A stretch of DNA of 60,641 nucleotides, filler included, from Platydemus manokwari (GCA_037951405.1; 5 parts of 5 records of this genome joined end to end with filler, not necessarily neighbours in it); one strand, 5' to 3'; numbered from the whole stretch's first letter, positions 1-12,476 are shown. Made by a program: numbers and translations. The notes: generated from the sequence alone by a model not told the origin.

Positions 1-1340
1 AGTTTATTTTTATTTTAGAGCAACATATTAATATCAGGGGTTTTGTAAGCTTTTTACTTCTTAACTACTACACAGTAAATTTGAAGTATAATAATTTTTG
101 TTAAACACGTTTTAAAAAAGTGATTATTTTACTAATATAACTACCAGTTTGCATATATACAAAGCTTCATTGAAAATTTCGAGTCTTTCAATATCTTTTA
201 AAATAATGTTGCTGAAAGCGTTTGCTCATAATAATTATAGAGGACTATTTATTATCTCCAAGGAAAGTAATTCTACTTTGATTAGGAAATACTTAAGGAA
301 GTTCATTTCAAAGAATTTTGATCGATATATAATTTTATATTATAATTTTGGATAAATCAATACTATGGAATTTTCTTTCTAAAATAATAACTACTTCATA
401 ATACCAACTTTGAAGAATGCTTAAAAACCGAATATCGAAGCTAATAAATTATCGCAAGATTTATGGAGTCTACATTAGCTAAGAAAAAACTTAATTTGAA
501 AGAGTTTAATTCACCTAATGATTTCTTTATGTGTTTGATTCTATTTATCTGGAGTCTTTAAAGCACGAGTCAATATCATAGAAAAAATCTCAAACAAAAC
601 TCTAATTATAAGTGGACTCAGCACCTGGAAGTAGAAATTGTAAATATACAAGTAAGATTAGCGACTATGAAAAACCAACCATTCTTGTAGACTTTATTAT
701 GCTGCATCATGTGTAATATTGTATATAATTTCGAAATTTTTGAAATCATTCAAACTTTGTTTGAGAACCTTTATTGGTAAATTTGCATCTCTTGAGATTG
801 TTATTGGTGCACTGGTGTGCTTGCTCTTATCTGTTGATACATGCAAATATACTAAAAATCCATTCAAGAAATATTTATTTAGACACTTCTGAGATAAGAT
901 TTGCCACCTAACTGTGTATATAGCTTACAGGCTTCATTTCAGAGTTTTTGGTAATAATTTTTGAATTACTTTCAACAAACTTCAAACTGTCTATCATAAT
1001 AACCTTTTCATTTTACATTTAATTATCTATGAAAATGAAGAAACCAAGAAACAACCTGACAATACAAAGGCTTACATAAGAAGTTAGCTACCTACCCAAA
1101 ATCTTTATTTTGCTATCCACAATCGTCAAAACCTGAATATCAAATTTTACAATTTTCAGAAATTTTAGAGAAAAAATAAGAAATTTGTTTTCAATGAGAG
1201 AATTATTAATTTTTAAAAATGTCAGATTTTAAGTCTAGAGGATTTAATTTTTGTTGAGTCTTACATTATATTTCACAATAGTTATCCTTTTGAATAGAAC
1301 CAGTGATGATATCAAGTTGAACCGGCATCATAATTGCTGT

Positions 1341-1430
1341 CCAAGAAGCATATGCAACTACTCTCACTTTTCCCTTTTTATCCATCTGACTCAGAACAAC
1401 TCCAACGGCTTTAAAGCTTGCGTCGGTAAT
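1341..1430 (-). mobile_element. Ty3/Gypsy pol fragment (RNase H-like region), degenerate
   Basis: Translation ITDASFKAVGVVLSQMDKKGKVRVVAYAS matches the DASxxxxGxVLxQ...VAYAS signature of the Ty3/Gypsy RT-RNaseH connection domain. No flanking intact ORF. Confidence 0.8.
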
Positions 1431-2179
1431 ATTAATATTATTACGACCTCCAATCACAGCCTTTCTCAATTAAATGCTATCCCCACTAAATTATCTCCAT
1501 TTAACATTTATGAATTTCTTTTCTTATTTTTTTTATAAAACCAATATTAGTTTAAAATAAATGCAAAAATTCATTTGACTAAATTAAAGATTGTAAACAT
1601 TTCTTAAAACGTAAATAATAAATTGATGAAGTCTAGATTTCTTCAACAATGATTGATCTAAATGAATTTTTTTGTTAACATATTATTTCTTTTTTAATGA
1701 AGATCTTTTCAATACAATTTTCTCTTTCCAAAATGTGTACAAAGGATTTGTATTAAATAAATTAATTACTAATAATATAAAATAGTCTCGAGTTCATTAA
1801 TTTGACTTTGGATGAATAATTTTAAAGATAAAAACTTCACATTGCGAATGACAAATAATCGATTGTCATTATTTGACATTAAATTACATAATAATACAAA
1901 TATATGTGAATAACATGCTTAATGTATTAAGATTATGTCATAATATTGCACTTAGATAGGAAACATTTTTTTTATGGTTTTGAATATGTAAGTACCTAAT
2001 TCATGGACTTCTAATATTGAATTCTGAAAAAGATTGCAACCAATGAACGAATATTGCTACGTTAAACAAATCTGTTACCAGTTTTGTAATAAAACTCAAA
2101 CACGAAATTTAGTTATGTGAATAAGGGCAAAATAAACATTTTGAAAAAATATTTTATTTCTATTAAAAGATGGTATTAA

Positions 2180-4828
2180 TCATTTATTGATAATTGGTAT
2201 TTGATGTAAAATTTTTCGATTTCTATCAATTGTTAACAAACATTTTTCAATTAAATTTTTCGATTTGGTAATTGTTTCATTCGACAAATCTATTTCTTTC
2301 TCACTCAATTCTACCAATGGATTTCGAGATTCTGATAATTTACTTGTATTGATTCCGTAGTTGAAATGGGTTTTTAATAAATAATCTTTCAAACATGGAC
2401 TATTCAGTTCAAATAAACCAATATATTTTTCACAATTAAATTTTTGAAATCTTTTAATTTCACTCAGTTTTCTCTCCTGATTTATATCTTTGTGTCGATG
2501 GAGTATGTTTTCATATTTGCTATCATTACCTTTCTCTAATGATTCGAAAGTGGATCTGCTTTTAGATAAAACTAGATTAGATAAATCACAATTTTCTTCT
2601 GAAATTACATTTTTATCCGGAATGGAAAATTCTTCGTAATCGGAATGAACACCTTTTACCAATGATCGACTCCATTGCCGATTAGGTTGAGGAAGAGATG
2701 TGCTTTCAGTTGTAACTAGATTCGATAAATCATAATTTTCCTGAGAAACTATATTTTTATCTTGAATAGAAAATTCCTCGAAATCTGGACGGACTCTCGT
2801 TATAGATTTTCGAATCGATTGACGACTATTTTGAAGAGAAGATATGGTTTCAGGTGTAACTAGATTCGATAAATCATAATTTTCCTCGGAAACTACATTT
2901 TTATCTTGACTGGAAAATTCTTCGATATTGGAACGAATTCTTGTTATAGATGATCGAATCGTTTGACGACTATTTTGAAGAGAAGATATGGTTTCAGGTG
3001 TAACTAGATTCGATAAATCATAATTTTCCTCCGAAACTACATTTTTATCTTGACTGGAAAATTCCTCGTAATCAGAATGAACATCTTTTATCAATGGTTG
3101 ACTCCATTGACGACTATGCTGAGGAGGAGATTTGCTTTCTGGTGTAACTAGACTCGATAAATCATAATTTTCTTCCGAAATTACATTTTTATCTTGACTG
3201 GAAAATTCCTCGTAATCAGAATGAACATCTTTTATCAATGGTCGACTCCATTGACGACTATGCTGATGAGGAGATTTGCTTTTAGGTGTAACTAGATTTG
3301 ATAAATCCCAGTTTTCCTCTGAAATTACATTTTTATCTGGAATAGAAAGTTCCTCAAAGTCAGAACTCATACTTCTTACAACTGATCGTTTCGATTTCAA
3401 ACTAGATCGAGGAAGAGATATCCCTTTAGGTGTAGCCAGATTCGACAAATCCAAATTTTTCTTTGACATTTCATTTTTATCGGAATTGAATAAATCTTTG
3501 AAATCGAAATGGACATTTTTTACTGATGATCGAATCGATTGCCAACTAGGTTGAGGAGGAGACCTGCTTTTAGGAAATACTAAATTTGATTTTTCGAATT
3601 TTTCCTCTGAAATTACATTTTTATCTGGAATGAATAATTCCTTGAAGCCAGGGCGAACACTCTTTACAGATGATGGAAAAGGAGATTTACTTACAGGTAT
3701 AACTAGATTTGAGAAATCGAAATTTTCCTTGGAAATTACATTTTTGTTTAAATTTGGAAATTTCTTGAAATTGGTACCAACATCTTTAACCGATGATCGA
3801 CTCAGTTGCCAACTATTTTGAAGAGAGGATTTACTTTCAGGTGTAACTAGATTTGATAAATCCAAATATTCCTCATAAATTAAATCTTCATTTGGGTTGG
3901 AAAGTTCCTCGAAATCGGAACGTACACGTTTAATCGAAGATCGATTCAATTTCAAGCTAGGTCGAGGAGGAGATATGCTGTCAAATGTACCCAAATTTGA
4001 TAAATCCCAATTTTCTTCTGAAATTATATTTTGATCTGAATTGTAAAAATCTTCAAAGTCCGAAAGAACATTTTTTACAGACGATCTATTCGATTTCGAA
4101 CTATATCGAGGAGGATATCTGGTTTCAGGAGTAACTGGATTTGATAAATCCCAATTTTCTTCGGAAAATGCATTTTGATCTGAAATGAAAAAATCCTCAT
4201 AATCGGAACGGACGCTATTTACAGATGATCTATTCGATTTCCAACTATTACGAGGAAGAGATATCCTTTTAGGTGCCACTAGATTCGCTAAATTTATATT
4301 TTCCTCGAAAACTACATTTTTATCTTGACTAGAAACTTCTTCGAAATCGGAATGAACACTGTTAATGGTTGATCGACCCGATTGCCAACTAGTCTGAGGA
4401 CTAAATCTGGTTTTAGAAATAACTAAATTCGATAAATCGAATTTATTTTCGGAAATTAGATTTTTATTTCTATTGGAAAATTCCTCGAAATTCGAACTTT
4501 TAACTGATGATCGACTCGATGTCCAACTTTTTTTGAGAGAAAAGGTTTTACTAAACAATGATAGATATGGATTTCCCAATTGTTTTTCATAATGTGCCTT
4601 TTTGTGTAGACCAGGATCTCCATCATCATTATTAATTTCACTACTTTTTGATGATAATTTATTCGATATCCAACCTTTGATTGGAAAACCTATCTTAGAT
4701 AACGCAAATTTTGAATTATTAAATTTTCGAAATTTCTTTTGTTGAATAAGTTTTGGAGGTTTAAAAATCTTGGGCGATATAGATAACCAGCTATTTTTAT
4801 CACGAAACGAATTGATTGTTGAAGACAC
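2180..4828 (-). CDS. Ser-rich, probably disordered protein of unknown function with 14 tandem ~48-aa repeats; 5' end probably on an upstream exon
   Basis: 2.6 kb stop-free frame in very AT-rich DNA. The ORF-track start is GTG. A candidate acceptor (aattcAG|ga) sits at ~4837, and the first in-frame ATG is only mid-protein. Confidence 0.8.
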   Translation of the reverse strand: MSSTINSFRDKNSWLSISPKIFKPPKLIQQKKFRKFNNSKFALSKIGFPIKGWISNKLSSKSSEINNDDGDPGLHKKAHYEKQLGNPYLSLFSKTFSLKKSWTSSRSSVKSSNFEEFSNRNKNLISENKFDLSNLVISKTRFSPQTSWQSGRSTINSVHSDFEEVSSQDKNVVFEENINLANLVAPKRISLPRNSWKSNRSSVNSVRSDYEDFFISDQNAFSEENWDLSNPVTPETRYPPRYSSKSNRSSVKNVLSDFEDFYNSDQNIISEENWDLSNLGTFDSISPPRPSLKLNRSSIKRVRSDFEELSNPNEDLIYEEYLDLSNLVTPESKSSLQNSWQLSRSSVKDVGTNFKKFPNLNKNVISKENFDFSNLVIPVSKSPFPSSVKSVRPGFKELFIPDKNVISEEKFEKSNLVFPKSRSPPQPSWQSIRSSVKNVHFDFKDLFNSDKNEMSKKNLDLSNLATPKGISLPRSSLKSKRSVVRSMSSDFEELSIPDKNVISEENWDLSNLVTPKSKSPHQHSRQWSRPLIKDVHSDYEEFSSQDKNVISEENYDLSSLVTPESKSPPQHSRQWSQPLIKDVHSDYEEFSSQDKNVVSEENYDLSNLVTPETISSLQNSRQTIRSSITRIRSNIEEFSSQDKNVVSEENYDLSNLVTPETISSLQNSRQSIRKSITRVRPDFEEFSIQDKNIVSQENYDLSNLVTTESTSLPQPNRQWSRSLVKGVHSDYEEFSIPDKNVISEENCDLSNLVLSKSRSTFESLEKGNDSKYENILHRHKDINQERKLSEIKRFQKFNCEKYIGLFELNSPCLKDYLLKTHFNYGINTSKLSESRNPLVELSEKEIDLSNETITKSKNLIEKCLLTIDRNRKILHQIPIINK
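2560..4520 (-). repeat. Coding tandem repeat, 144-bp unit, ~14 copies
   Basis: The motif gaaa(t/c)tacatttttatc recurs at ~144-bp spacing (e.g. ~2601, 2890, 3034, 3178, 3321). Protein unit approximates SS(V/I)KxVxSD(F/Y)EEFSxxDKNV(I/V)SEEN(W/Y/F)DLSNLVTPExxSxPxxSxQ. Confidence 0.95.
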
Positions 4829-6559
4829 ATTAGATCCTGAATTATTAAATATTCGAAATTTAAATACCTTTTAATGAGTTGTAATTTTACGACTAGTAAA
4901 TCGATTTATTTTAATTAAGTTTATTCATTCGTTAGGGTTTGAGAAAATTAGAATAAATTTTTGTATATTAGTTGCATTGATCCTGTGAATAAATTAATTG
5001 TTACGTTGTGTATGTATAATTAATTTATCCTTACGGTAAACTGTAGCTATGATAAGTTATTTTACATGCATAATTGTGAATTTTTATTTTTAATTTTATC
5101 AATTTACAACATTTAAAATAAAATAAACATTTTTGAATAAAAACTAAGAATTAATNNNNNNNNNNTAATATTTCAATTCTTGATATTTAGAATTAATAAT
5201 AATTTCTATAACTTGAATATAATAATAATAATTATAAAAATAATAATAATAATTTTAGTTAAATAACTTTAATTTGGAAATAAATTAGAACATGAATAAC
5301 AATGAACCGGACATATAACAATGTTAGGTGGTAAAATAAATCACAACAAACCACCATAATGAAAATTCATCAATAAATTTATCAATGGGCACACCTTTAT
5401 AGTAACAAAATACAAAATAATAGTGAAAATTAAATAGCACACCCGTAATTAGGCTATTTATCGTCATTGCCTTTACCAATTAATTACTCAAGAGAAGCAG
5501 ACAACCAATCAAGCTAAGAAGTCTTTAACTGTAAACTCAATCAGAAGATATGCAGTGTATATGCCAAATGTTGAACTGGAAGAGAAGAAACTACATCGAT
5601 ACTTGTGAAAGATATTTCCCCAATAGTCACTAAGAGGTATATTGATCATAAATCTTTTGTGAATTGTTATACTACAGTCCAGCTTTTCTGTGTACTGAAG
5701 TATCATTTAAAATTTGTATTAATTGTTGTCATATAGTAATCTTTATTGTCAACTGAGTTTATTTAATCAACTGATAGTTATTTTATTTGGAAAATTAAAA
5801 TAATATTTAGCTTCATTCAACACCTTTTTGGAACTGGTCAGTGGTGTATTAAGTACATAGAGACTGATAAGGGTTCCAAAGACACGAATTAGGAAATATA
5901 AGAAACTGATATAGTATTAAAATCCATAATAAAATCCATAACAACCTACGATATTCCACTTATCAATGTAAAAGAAGATCAATTAATTAAGGCTAATTTA
6001 CTACTTGAAAGTCGAATAGAACACAGAAAGATGATAAAAGGAGTAGATAACGGGGACAAAGAATTAACAAAATACAAAACCGTTATAAATATAATACAGC
6101 GACCTTAAAAGTAACAAACTAAAGAAAAGTAAAATTAATTGATAATTGTAAGTAAAGTCTTAGTACGGAAAATGATTAATTTAACACAATTAAGATAACA
6201 CTGGTGATGTAATAACACCTTGGGATGTTAATTGGACAACTGACAATTGTGCAATTACTAATCAACATGCACACATCTTTACATAACACATTCACATTTC
6301 CATTTACGAATTTCCCTTACATCCACTCTCTTTTAAAATCCTTCAATCCCTCTATATTTCTTATTAACATTTTTTCCGGCCTCATTCTTGAGCTTGTAAC
6401 TATCACGAATTATCTCTATTATCTGATATGGGCCTTCATGTCTATCTTCCATTGTATTAGGACTTAGATTGTAATATAATTATTGCTAATTTTAATTCTC
6501 GATTCGAAGTTCTTTCATTTGAATTCTCATCATTTCCTCTGCAACATAAACAGATCAGC

Positions 6560-7264
6560 ATTGTTATTCACTCGTCATTTCGGGTAGCAAGTCTCGGAGA
6601 GTTTGAACTCGATCCCAAGAGACAGTTTTTACCTTTCTTTGATCCGCAACAAAGGCATTTCTGAGTTGAACGTGTTTTGCTTTTTGTATTTTATATTTGA
6701 TAGGACTTTAAAGTTGTGAAGAACCAAAGATCCAAGGATACTAATACAGATGACATCAAGGTGAGTTTCAAATCACGGATTCTTACAGATCTCCGTGATG
6801 ATGTATCTGTCTTTTCGGTGATTGAGGAATCGGTATCATTGGAAGTTTTAACTCATGTCAAATGGAATCTTGAGATCTATCTCGTGGGCTTCACGTTTGA
6901 GTTTGTTTCGAATCAGCAAGGCTGGCTGTAGTTTAGTCATAGATTCTAGTGGTATAGGATAGATGTCCATGTCAAAGCCGAGTGATTGCAAATAATTAAT
7001 TAAATGATCAATGATTTTTGATGGACGACTTGAGGCTAAATAAAGAACAGCCGAGTAGTGAATAAAGATATGGACATCCGTTTCTTGTTGCGTATTGTAA
7101 CGCCGACAAAGTGTTGAATTGCTGGCCCTGATGAAATACGATGTGTAATTGAGTAGTAGCAGGTTGTTGAAAAGATCAACATTACCAGTGGCAGGTGGAA
7201 GTTCTTCAAAAGATTCTGTTATAGATGCGAAGCTGAAAAACAATAAAAATACGAAACAATTCAT
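6560..7264 (-). pseudogene. Degenerate copy 1 of a dispersed unknown ORF with an N-terminal signal peptide (probably mobile-element cargo)
   Basis: 138-aa ORF MNCFVFLLFFSFASITES... whose frame continues past several stops. Homologous to 48361-48800 (+). Confidence 0.6.
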
Positions 7265-7404
7265 TAATAAACAATCAGCTCAAAGCCCATACATTTTTAA
7301 GAGTAGCCATTATAGATAATTCATTATTTGTTCCATATCAATGAAATGTTGCAAATTAGTTTTATTAAATGTGATGAGTTATGACTTATTTTTAGTAATA
7401 TTGA

Positions 7405-7475
7405 TTTTCATTGGGGTCATCAAGATCGTAAAATGGGAAAATGGGTCGTCATGGAAAAAAGGTTGAGAACTACTG
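7405..7475. mobile_element. hAT/Charlie-like terminal fragment
   Basis: ...gggtcgtcatggaaaaaaggttgagaactactg. The reverse complement CAGTAGTTCTCAACC resembles the CAGTGGTTCTCAACC terminus of hAT-Charlie non-autonomous elements. A similar end lies at 56281-56300. Confidence 0.4.
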
Positions 7476-7889
7476 AATTATACCAAATTATTATTGTTCA
7501 TATCCAGTTGCGTTTTCATTTAAAAATCTCCGCACAGTTATGCAATATTTTTAGAATATTAAATTTTGCTCTGTTTTACAATCAGTCTGTGTCAAGAATT
7601 ATTTAAAATGAGGTAGTTAAAATTTCACTCTCAAATAACACTTGCTGTGTTATTTATGACATAAAAGTATTTTCATGTTTTTTCGTCTTTCTAATCCTCG
7701 CGTGTGTCCTTGGAGCAAGAATGACCAATTAATCAACTTGAAAAACACGGTTGGCAATATAATCGATCAAACACGAATGAGAAACAAATGACATAATTAG
7801 AAAAACTCAATTAATTTTTACTACAATTTAAACGAAAAAGGCGATAAAATTACTTCTTATTTTCACAATGTTTGAAAAAATTGTTTTAC

Positions 7890-7892
<3 letters not shown>

Positions 7893-7920
<28 letters not shown>
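7893..7920. repeat. (TA)n microsatellite
   Basis: Direct reading. Confidence 0.95.
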
Positions 7921-7924
<4 letters not shown>

Positions 7925-8481
7925 AACTTTTTTTGAAATTTTAGTGGCAAAAATGAAATTTACAAATAGGATATTTAATTATTTAGAAAAGTTATTAAAA
8001 CGGGGAAAGTATTATGAATCAAATCAACTCTAAAATTCAAAAAAACTATTAATTTTTTGAGCTGTGATTGTGACTGACACTAGCATTTTAGATGCAGTTA
8101 CGTGATTAAATAAAGAAACACGTTGTGTTTGTTTAAATAATTGATTGGCGTGTTAGTGTAGTTTTTCAAATAAATATTATTCCTGAATGTGCTTTATTTG
8201 TATAACTTTGTATTTGTATAACTTTATTTGTATCCTGATGGTGGTGTTGACATCTAGTTTATTGTCTGTCATTCATCCAGAATTATACATCTCGTGATGT
8301 TTTTAAAATTATATATGATTACATAAATGATATCTTATTTGATTTTCAGCTCTGAAATTTAACTTGAAAAAAGAAATACGATTTTCTACAATCAATTGAT
8401 AGCTAACTGTAAAATTATTATTACTCTTCATCATTTTGTTCAATCTTTAACATCAAATAAAGCAATAAGATCATAGCGTAC

Positions 8482-8607
8482 TTTCTCCATCATTGAAATA
8501 GGAATTATTACTTTCTCTCCTCTCTCAATTTTAGCCATTGTTTCTTTTGTAAAATCAGGATGATGTTCGGAAAATATCCACAACAATCGTGCAATATTAT
8601 ATGGTAA
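8482..8607 (-). CDS. THNSL2: Threonine synthase-like 2 exon (LPYNIARLLWIFSEHHPDFTKETMAKIERGEKVIIPISMMEK)
   Basis: tttAG|...|GTacgc boundaries, 126 nt, phase 0-0. Resembles the THNSL2 segment VPYNMERVFWLLS...MEQFER. Joins in frame to the 10833-10981 exon. Not in the ORF track. Confidence 0.8.
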
Positions 8608-10832
8608 CTAAATTGCCATACATTATATATTGAAAGAATTGTTATAAATAATTTGAAAACATTAAAATAAATTTCATGAAATTTTAATGAATAAAACAAT
8701 CATTAAACGTCATTCATTATAAAATCCTAGCATATTGATTTCTAATAAATAGATACCCCATCATTGTTATAAAGCATATAATGATAATTTTAACCAATTA
8801 AACGTTACGCTTTGTCTTTCATCTAAAAGTTGCTTCTGGCTTCGATCCGTTATCATTATTTTCAGATATAACAAGTCACTTTAACAATATTATTGAATTT
8901 CATTTCATTAAAATCAATATATCATCAATTTGGGCGAACATATTAATATGAAACCAAATTGCAATAACAACAAATAGCCACTAACAAGAATTAATTGATA
9001 CAGAATATGAATACGGTGTATGCAAATCAATCTGTGAGTAAATTATAGAATAATGGATATGATGTCTTATTTAATATTGATAAGCAAGAAGAACTATGAA
9101 ACCAACATATTGGTGGACTAATTGCTGGAACTGTTAATGATTGATACTGCAAAATTAAATTCGTAGGACCAAAATTAAAAGATATTTTGAAGATTAAATA
9201 AATTGTTTGAAAGCACACATGCAAATCTTATAATCATCTCTGAAATCCATATTATATTTTATATCAAAAATAGAGTAAATTAATAAGTGCTTGATTGTTA
9301 GCAAATGAACATTTCCTTTTTATAATTCTTTATGTTAGTAATAACCTATTCGAGATTTCAATGCAATTTCCTTTTTTTATACACTGCAAAGTTGATTATA
9401 AAAAACGATAATCAAAACAGATAAATTTGATAAATTATAAAATCGATTTAAAAATAGAGGGATAAATCCCCTTAAATTACTAATGCAAAATAATGCTTAT
9501 CTCTGATATTTGAATCTACAGACTCATAATTATGGATATTTGGGTCAGAAAAGTTCGATTTTTAGGACACGCTTTCCCAGCTCTGACCCTTAGTATGACC
9601 CTTTCATGGTTCTAAGATATCATTAAGAAATGAAAAGATAGGATGATTCTCAACGTGTCACATCAAACTGCTGAATATTTTTAAATATATGCAATATTCC
9701 TTTTTTAAGTTATAAATTGCTGAAAGTATTTAAAATTTACATGATACGCTTAATTAATCATAATACAGTATCATTACATTAACTCCAAATCAATTTAATG
9801 ACATCGTTATTTCAATGGATCAATTTATTTTTCGGGTAATTTAACCTTTTCTAATTTTTTATCATTTTTAATTACGAATTTTATAATTTATATGTTTAAA
9901 AATTCGGTGTAACTGGAATAACGATTTTATTGAAGTTATAATCGTAATTCTAATCTTTTGATCACTGGATTCTGCCAGTGAGCTGGTTAGCAAAAGCATA
10001 TTTTATCTACATAAATACTTGTGAATTGGGTTTTTTAATTACTCGAATTAGCTTGCGGAGTTCTAAGCCGCTACTAGTTTATAAAGCACGCACTGAAAAC
10101 AAACTGAAAAATCACAACTTCAAATTATCTATTAAATACATTTATATAAACTAATTAATATAATTTTATATAAGACTTGAATTAAATATTTACAAATTTA
10201 ATTCATTTAAAATTATCACATCAGCCTTTATTTAAAATATTTGATCTTCTATATATTACTAATTATTTCTATATTAAATCCTATGTATATTTATCTAAAT
10301 GAAAATTTATATTTATTCGCTCTTCTTTAAATCATTCGTTTTCAATTCTGCCAAAATTATTCCACATTTATTCATCATTTTGATTCCACCAATAAATGCT
10401 AGTGAGATATTTTTATCGCGATAATGTCCATAAGAAGATTTTTATTATTTTTATTATTGCAAATTCTTAGGTCATTTGTAACCATTTCTCTGCTTCCTGA
10501 CATGAGCCTTTGGAGAACATTGAACTTGGAAGTAGTATCTTATGTTTTTCCCGAACCAAATTATAAAATGTCTTTTGCTTTTCTTCTCTTTTTGCTCGAG
10601 TGAAAGCATTAGTTTCGAAACGGTCGTCAATCAGAAAATAACATGACGTCATAACTTAATTAGTCAAAATAATTTTACGAATTTCTCAAATATTATCTAA
10701 CTTAAATAAAGATCAATTAAATAAGGAAATTGAATAAAAATAAACAATTTTATTTTTTCCCTATCAATAAATGAACATTTAAACAAATTATAAATGGAAA
10801 ATATTCGACATAGAAAATTCAAGAAACCTTAC

Positions 10833-10981
10833 AATTACATCCATAGCACAAGACCAAGATTTATGTGAAATCTGTGATTTTTGTAGAAAACCATCACGAA
10901 TCAATTTATGCCCCATATCGTTCTCATTGTTACACAGTATGATTTTTATAGGTAATCCCATTTCATGAGCTAAACAAGCAC
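10833..10981 (-). CDS. THNSL2: Threonine synthase-like 2 exon (GACLAHEMGLPIKIILCNNENDMGHKLIRDG...SWSCAMDVI)
   Basis: ttttcAG|...|GTaagg boundaries. GLPI...NxND...G...SxAMD is the conserved C-terminal PLP-fold segment of threonine synthases. Confidence 0.85.
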
Positions 10982-11386
10982 CTGAAAACGTATAATTCAA
11001 TGAATTTTAAGAATAATATCATTTTAAAGCAATGCTATTTTGTTATCCCGGTAATTTTCTTTAAGGCTATTATCATGTTTAGAATTAACCACTTGTCAAT
11101 CAACTTCAAATTCCATACCAGGTCCCACTTTGCAAAACAATGGACGCATATTTGTAATCTTAAATAAAAATCATAACATAACTCTCGTGATGGTTAGCTA
11201 ATTGATGCATTGATAATTCCAACTAATAGAATAATCTACCAATTAATAATTAGCTCGTTTATGGATTCAATTTCACAGTCATTTTACTCCTTTTTGTAAC
11301 AGGTTATCCCTTGACACTCCATAACTATTTAATTGCAATGAGGTTTTACATAATCATATTCCTCAAGCTCCGCTTTCTTTAAGTTT

Positions 11387-11486
11387 NNNNNNNNNNNNNN
11401 NNNNNNNNNNNNNNNNNNNNNNNNNNNNNNTTAATTAATTAANNNNNNNNNNNNNNNNNNNNNNNNNNNNNNNNNNNNNNNNNNNN
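11387..11486. other. Scaffold gap with artificial TTAATTAATTAA linker (also 23106-23205, 33575-33674, 44383-44482; 10-N gap at 5156-5165)
   Basis: The identical 44N-TTAATTAATTAA-44N layout occurs four times. The linker gives stops in all six frames. Confidence 0.97.
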
Positions 11487-12476
11487 AAATATTTATAATT
11501 AAATTAGATTTAATATATAAAAAAAATATATTTTGAAACATTAAAATAAAATATGAAAAATAAATGCTATAGAGTAATCTATAGCCAAATAAAATTAAAA
11601 AGTATAATCTAATCGTATTCAACCTTTGATTTCTAATTGGCAACTTTAAATATTTTAAAACTTAAAGGAAATCCAAAAAATCAAATTAAATATGAATGTT
11701 AGGAATATGTTCACAATTCATAAACTTTGTTTAAATTATTCTATACTTGGTGATATTTAAATTCATAAAACCTCTGACTAACTTGAATTAGAATAATGAT
11801 TTAAAAATAACTTAAATTTAAATGGTTATAATGATAAAATTAAATTGGTTTTCTTTCACCAAACAGACTAATAAAATTATAACTTTAATTGACTTTTAAT
11901 TTTTATAAATGATCTAGTTTTGATTTTAGAATTTATTTCATGTTTCATGACATCAAATGGTTATCGAAGACAGCAAAGTGCTTGTCCATTTTCAATGATG
12001 AACTGTTATAAAATTTTATTTAACCATTGTTCTATAAATTTTTCAATTCCACATCTACTAAATATTTCATTTATAATAGGCGAAGATTAATAATATTCGA
12101 TTTAATAAATCATTCAAATCGAGATTATTCCTGTTCGAAAATGATAAACATCGTCAAGAATATTAACAAGACAATTTTATGCGGAGTTTATCACAAAAGA
12201 GAATTTATTCTTTCAGATGAACACAAGAATTTTCCATTAAGCAGGACAGCAAACTGTTCTAGCGATAATAAAGGATTTCCACAAATCGATAGTTGGAAAT
12301 ATAAATTGGAGTCACACCATTTCAAATATCAGCAATCGTCACCTGTGATTATTAGCGGAAATTCGGGACTCCAAAGACAAAACTCCAAAATGATAAAATT
12401 GAATCTGAATCAATTGATTATTGTAATTCATATTTACAAGTTTATCTGTCTGTTGACACGGCTGGGATAATCAATA

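Noticed and set aside
590-860. Possible P-loop/PIF1-like helicase remnants (LIISG/APGSR; LEIVIGALVCLL)
   Set aside because: Requires frameshifts, and the motifs are too short to distinguish from chance.
3276-3821. Antisense or overlapping short ORFs here and at 38163-38354, 47116-47398, 52430-52756 and 60043-60327
   Set aside because: Shadows of real coding exons on the opposite strand.
2560-4520. Regularly spaced repeats superficially like a CRISPR array
   Set aside because: The whole 144-bp unit is repeated and coding, with no unique spacers, and the context is eukaryotic.
9541-9580. VRKVRFLGH, resembling the Gypsy RT FLGH motif
   Set aside because: A single short motif with no supporting neighbours.
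11431-11442. TTAATTAATTAA palindrome repeated four times inside N runs
   Set aside because: Artificial six-frame-stop scaffolding linker, not biological. The ORF 11431-11643 that crosses it is spurious.
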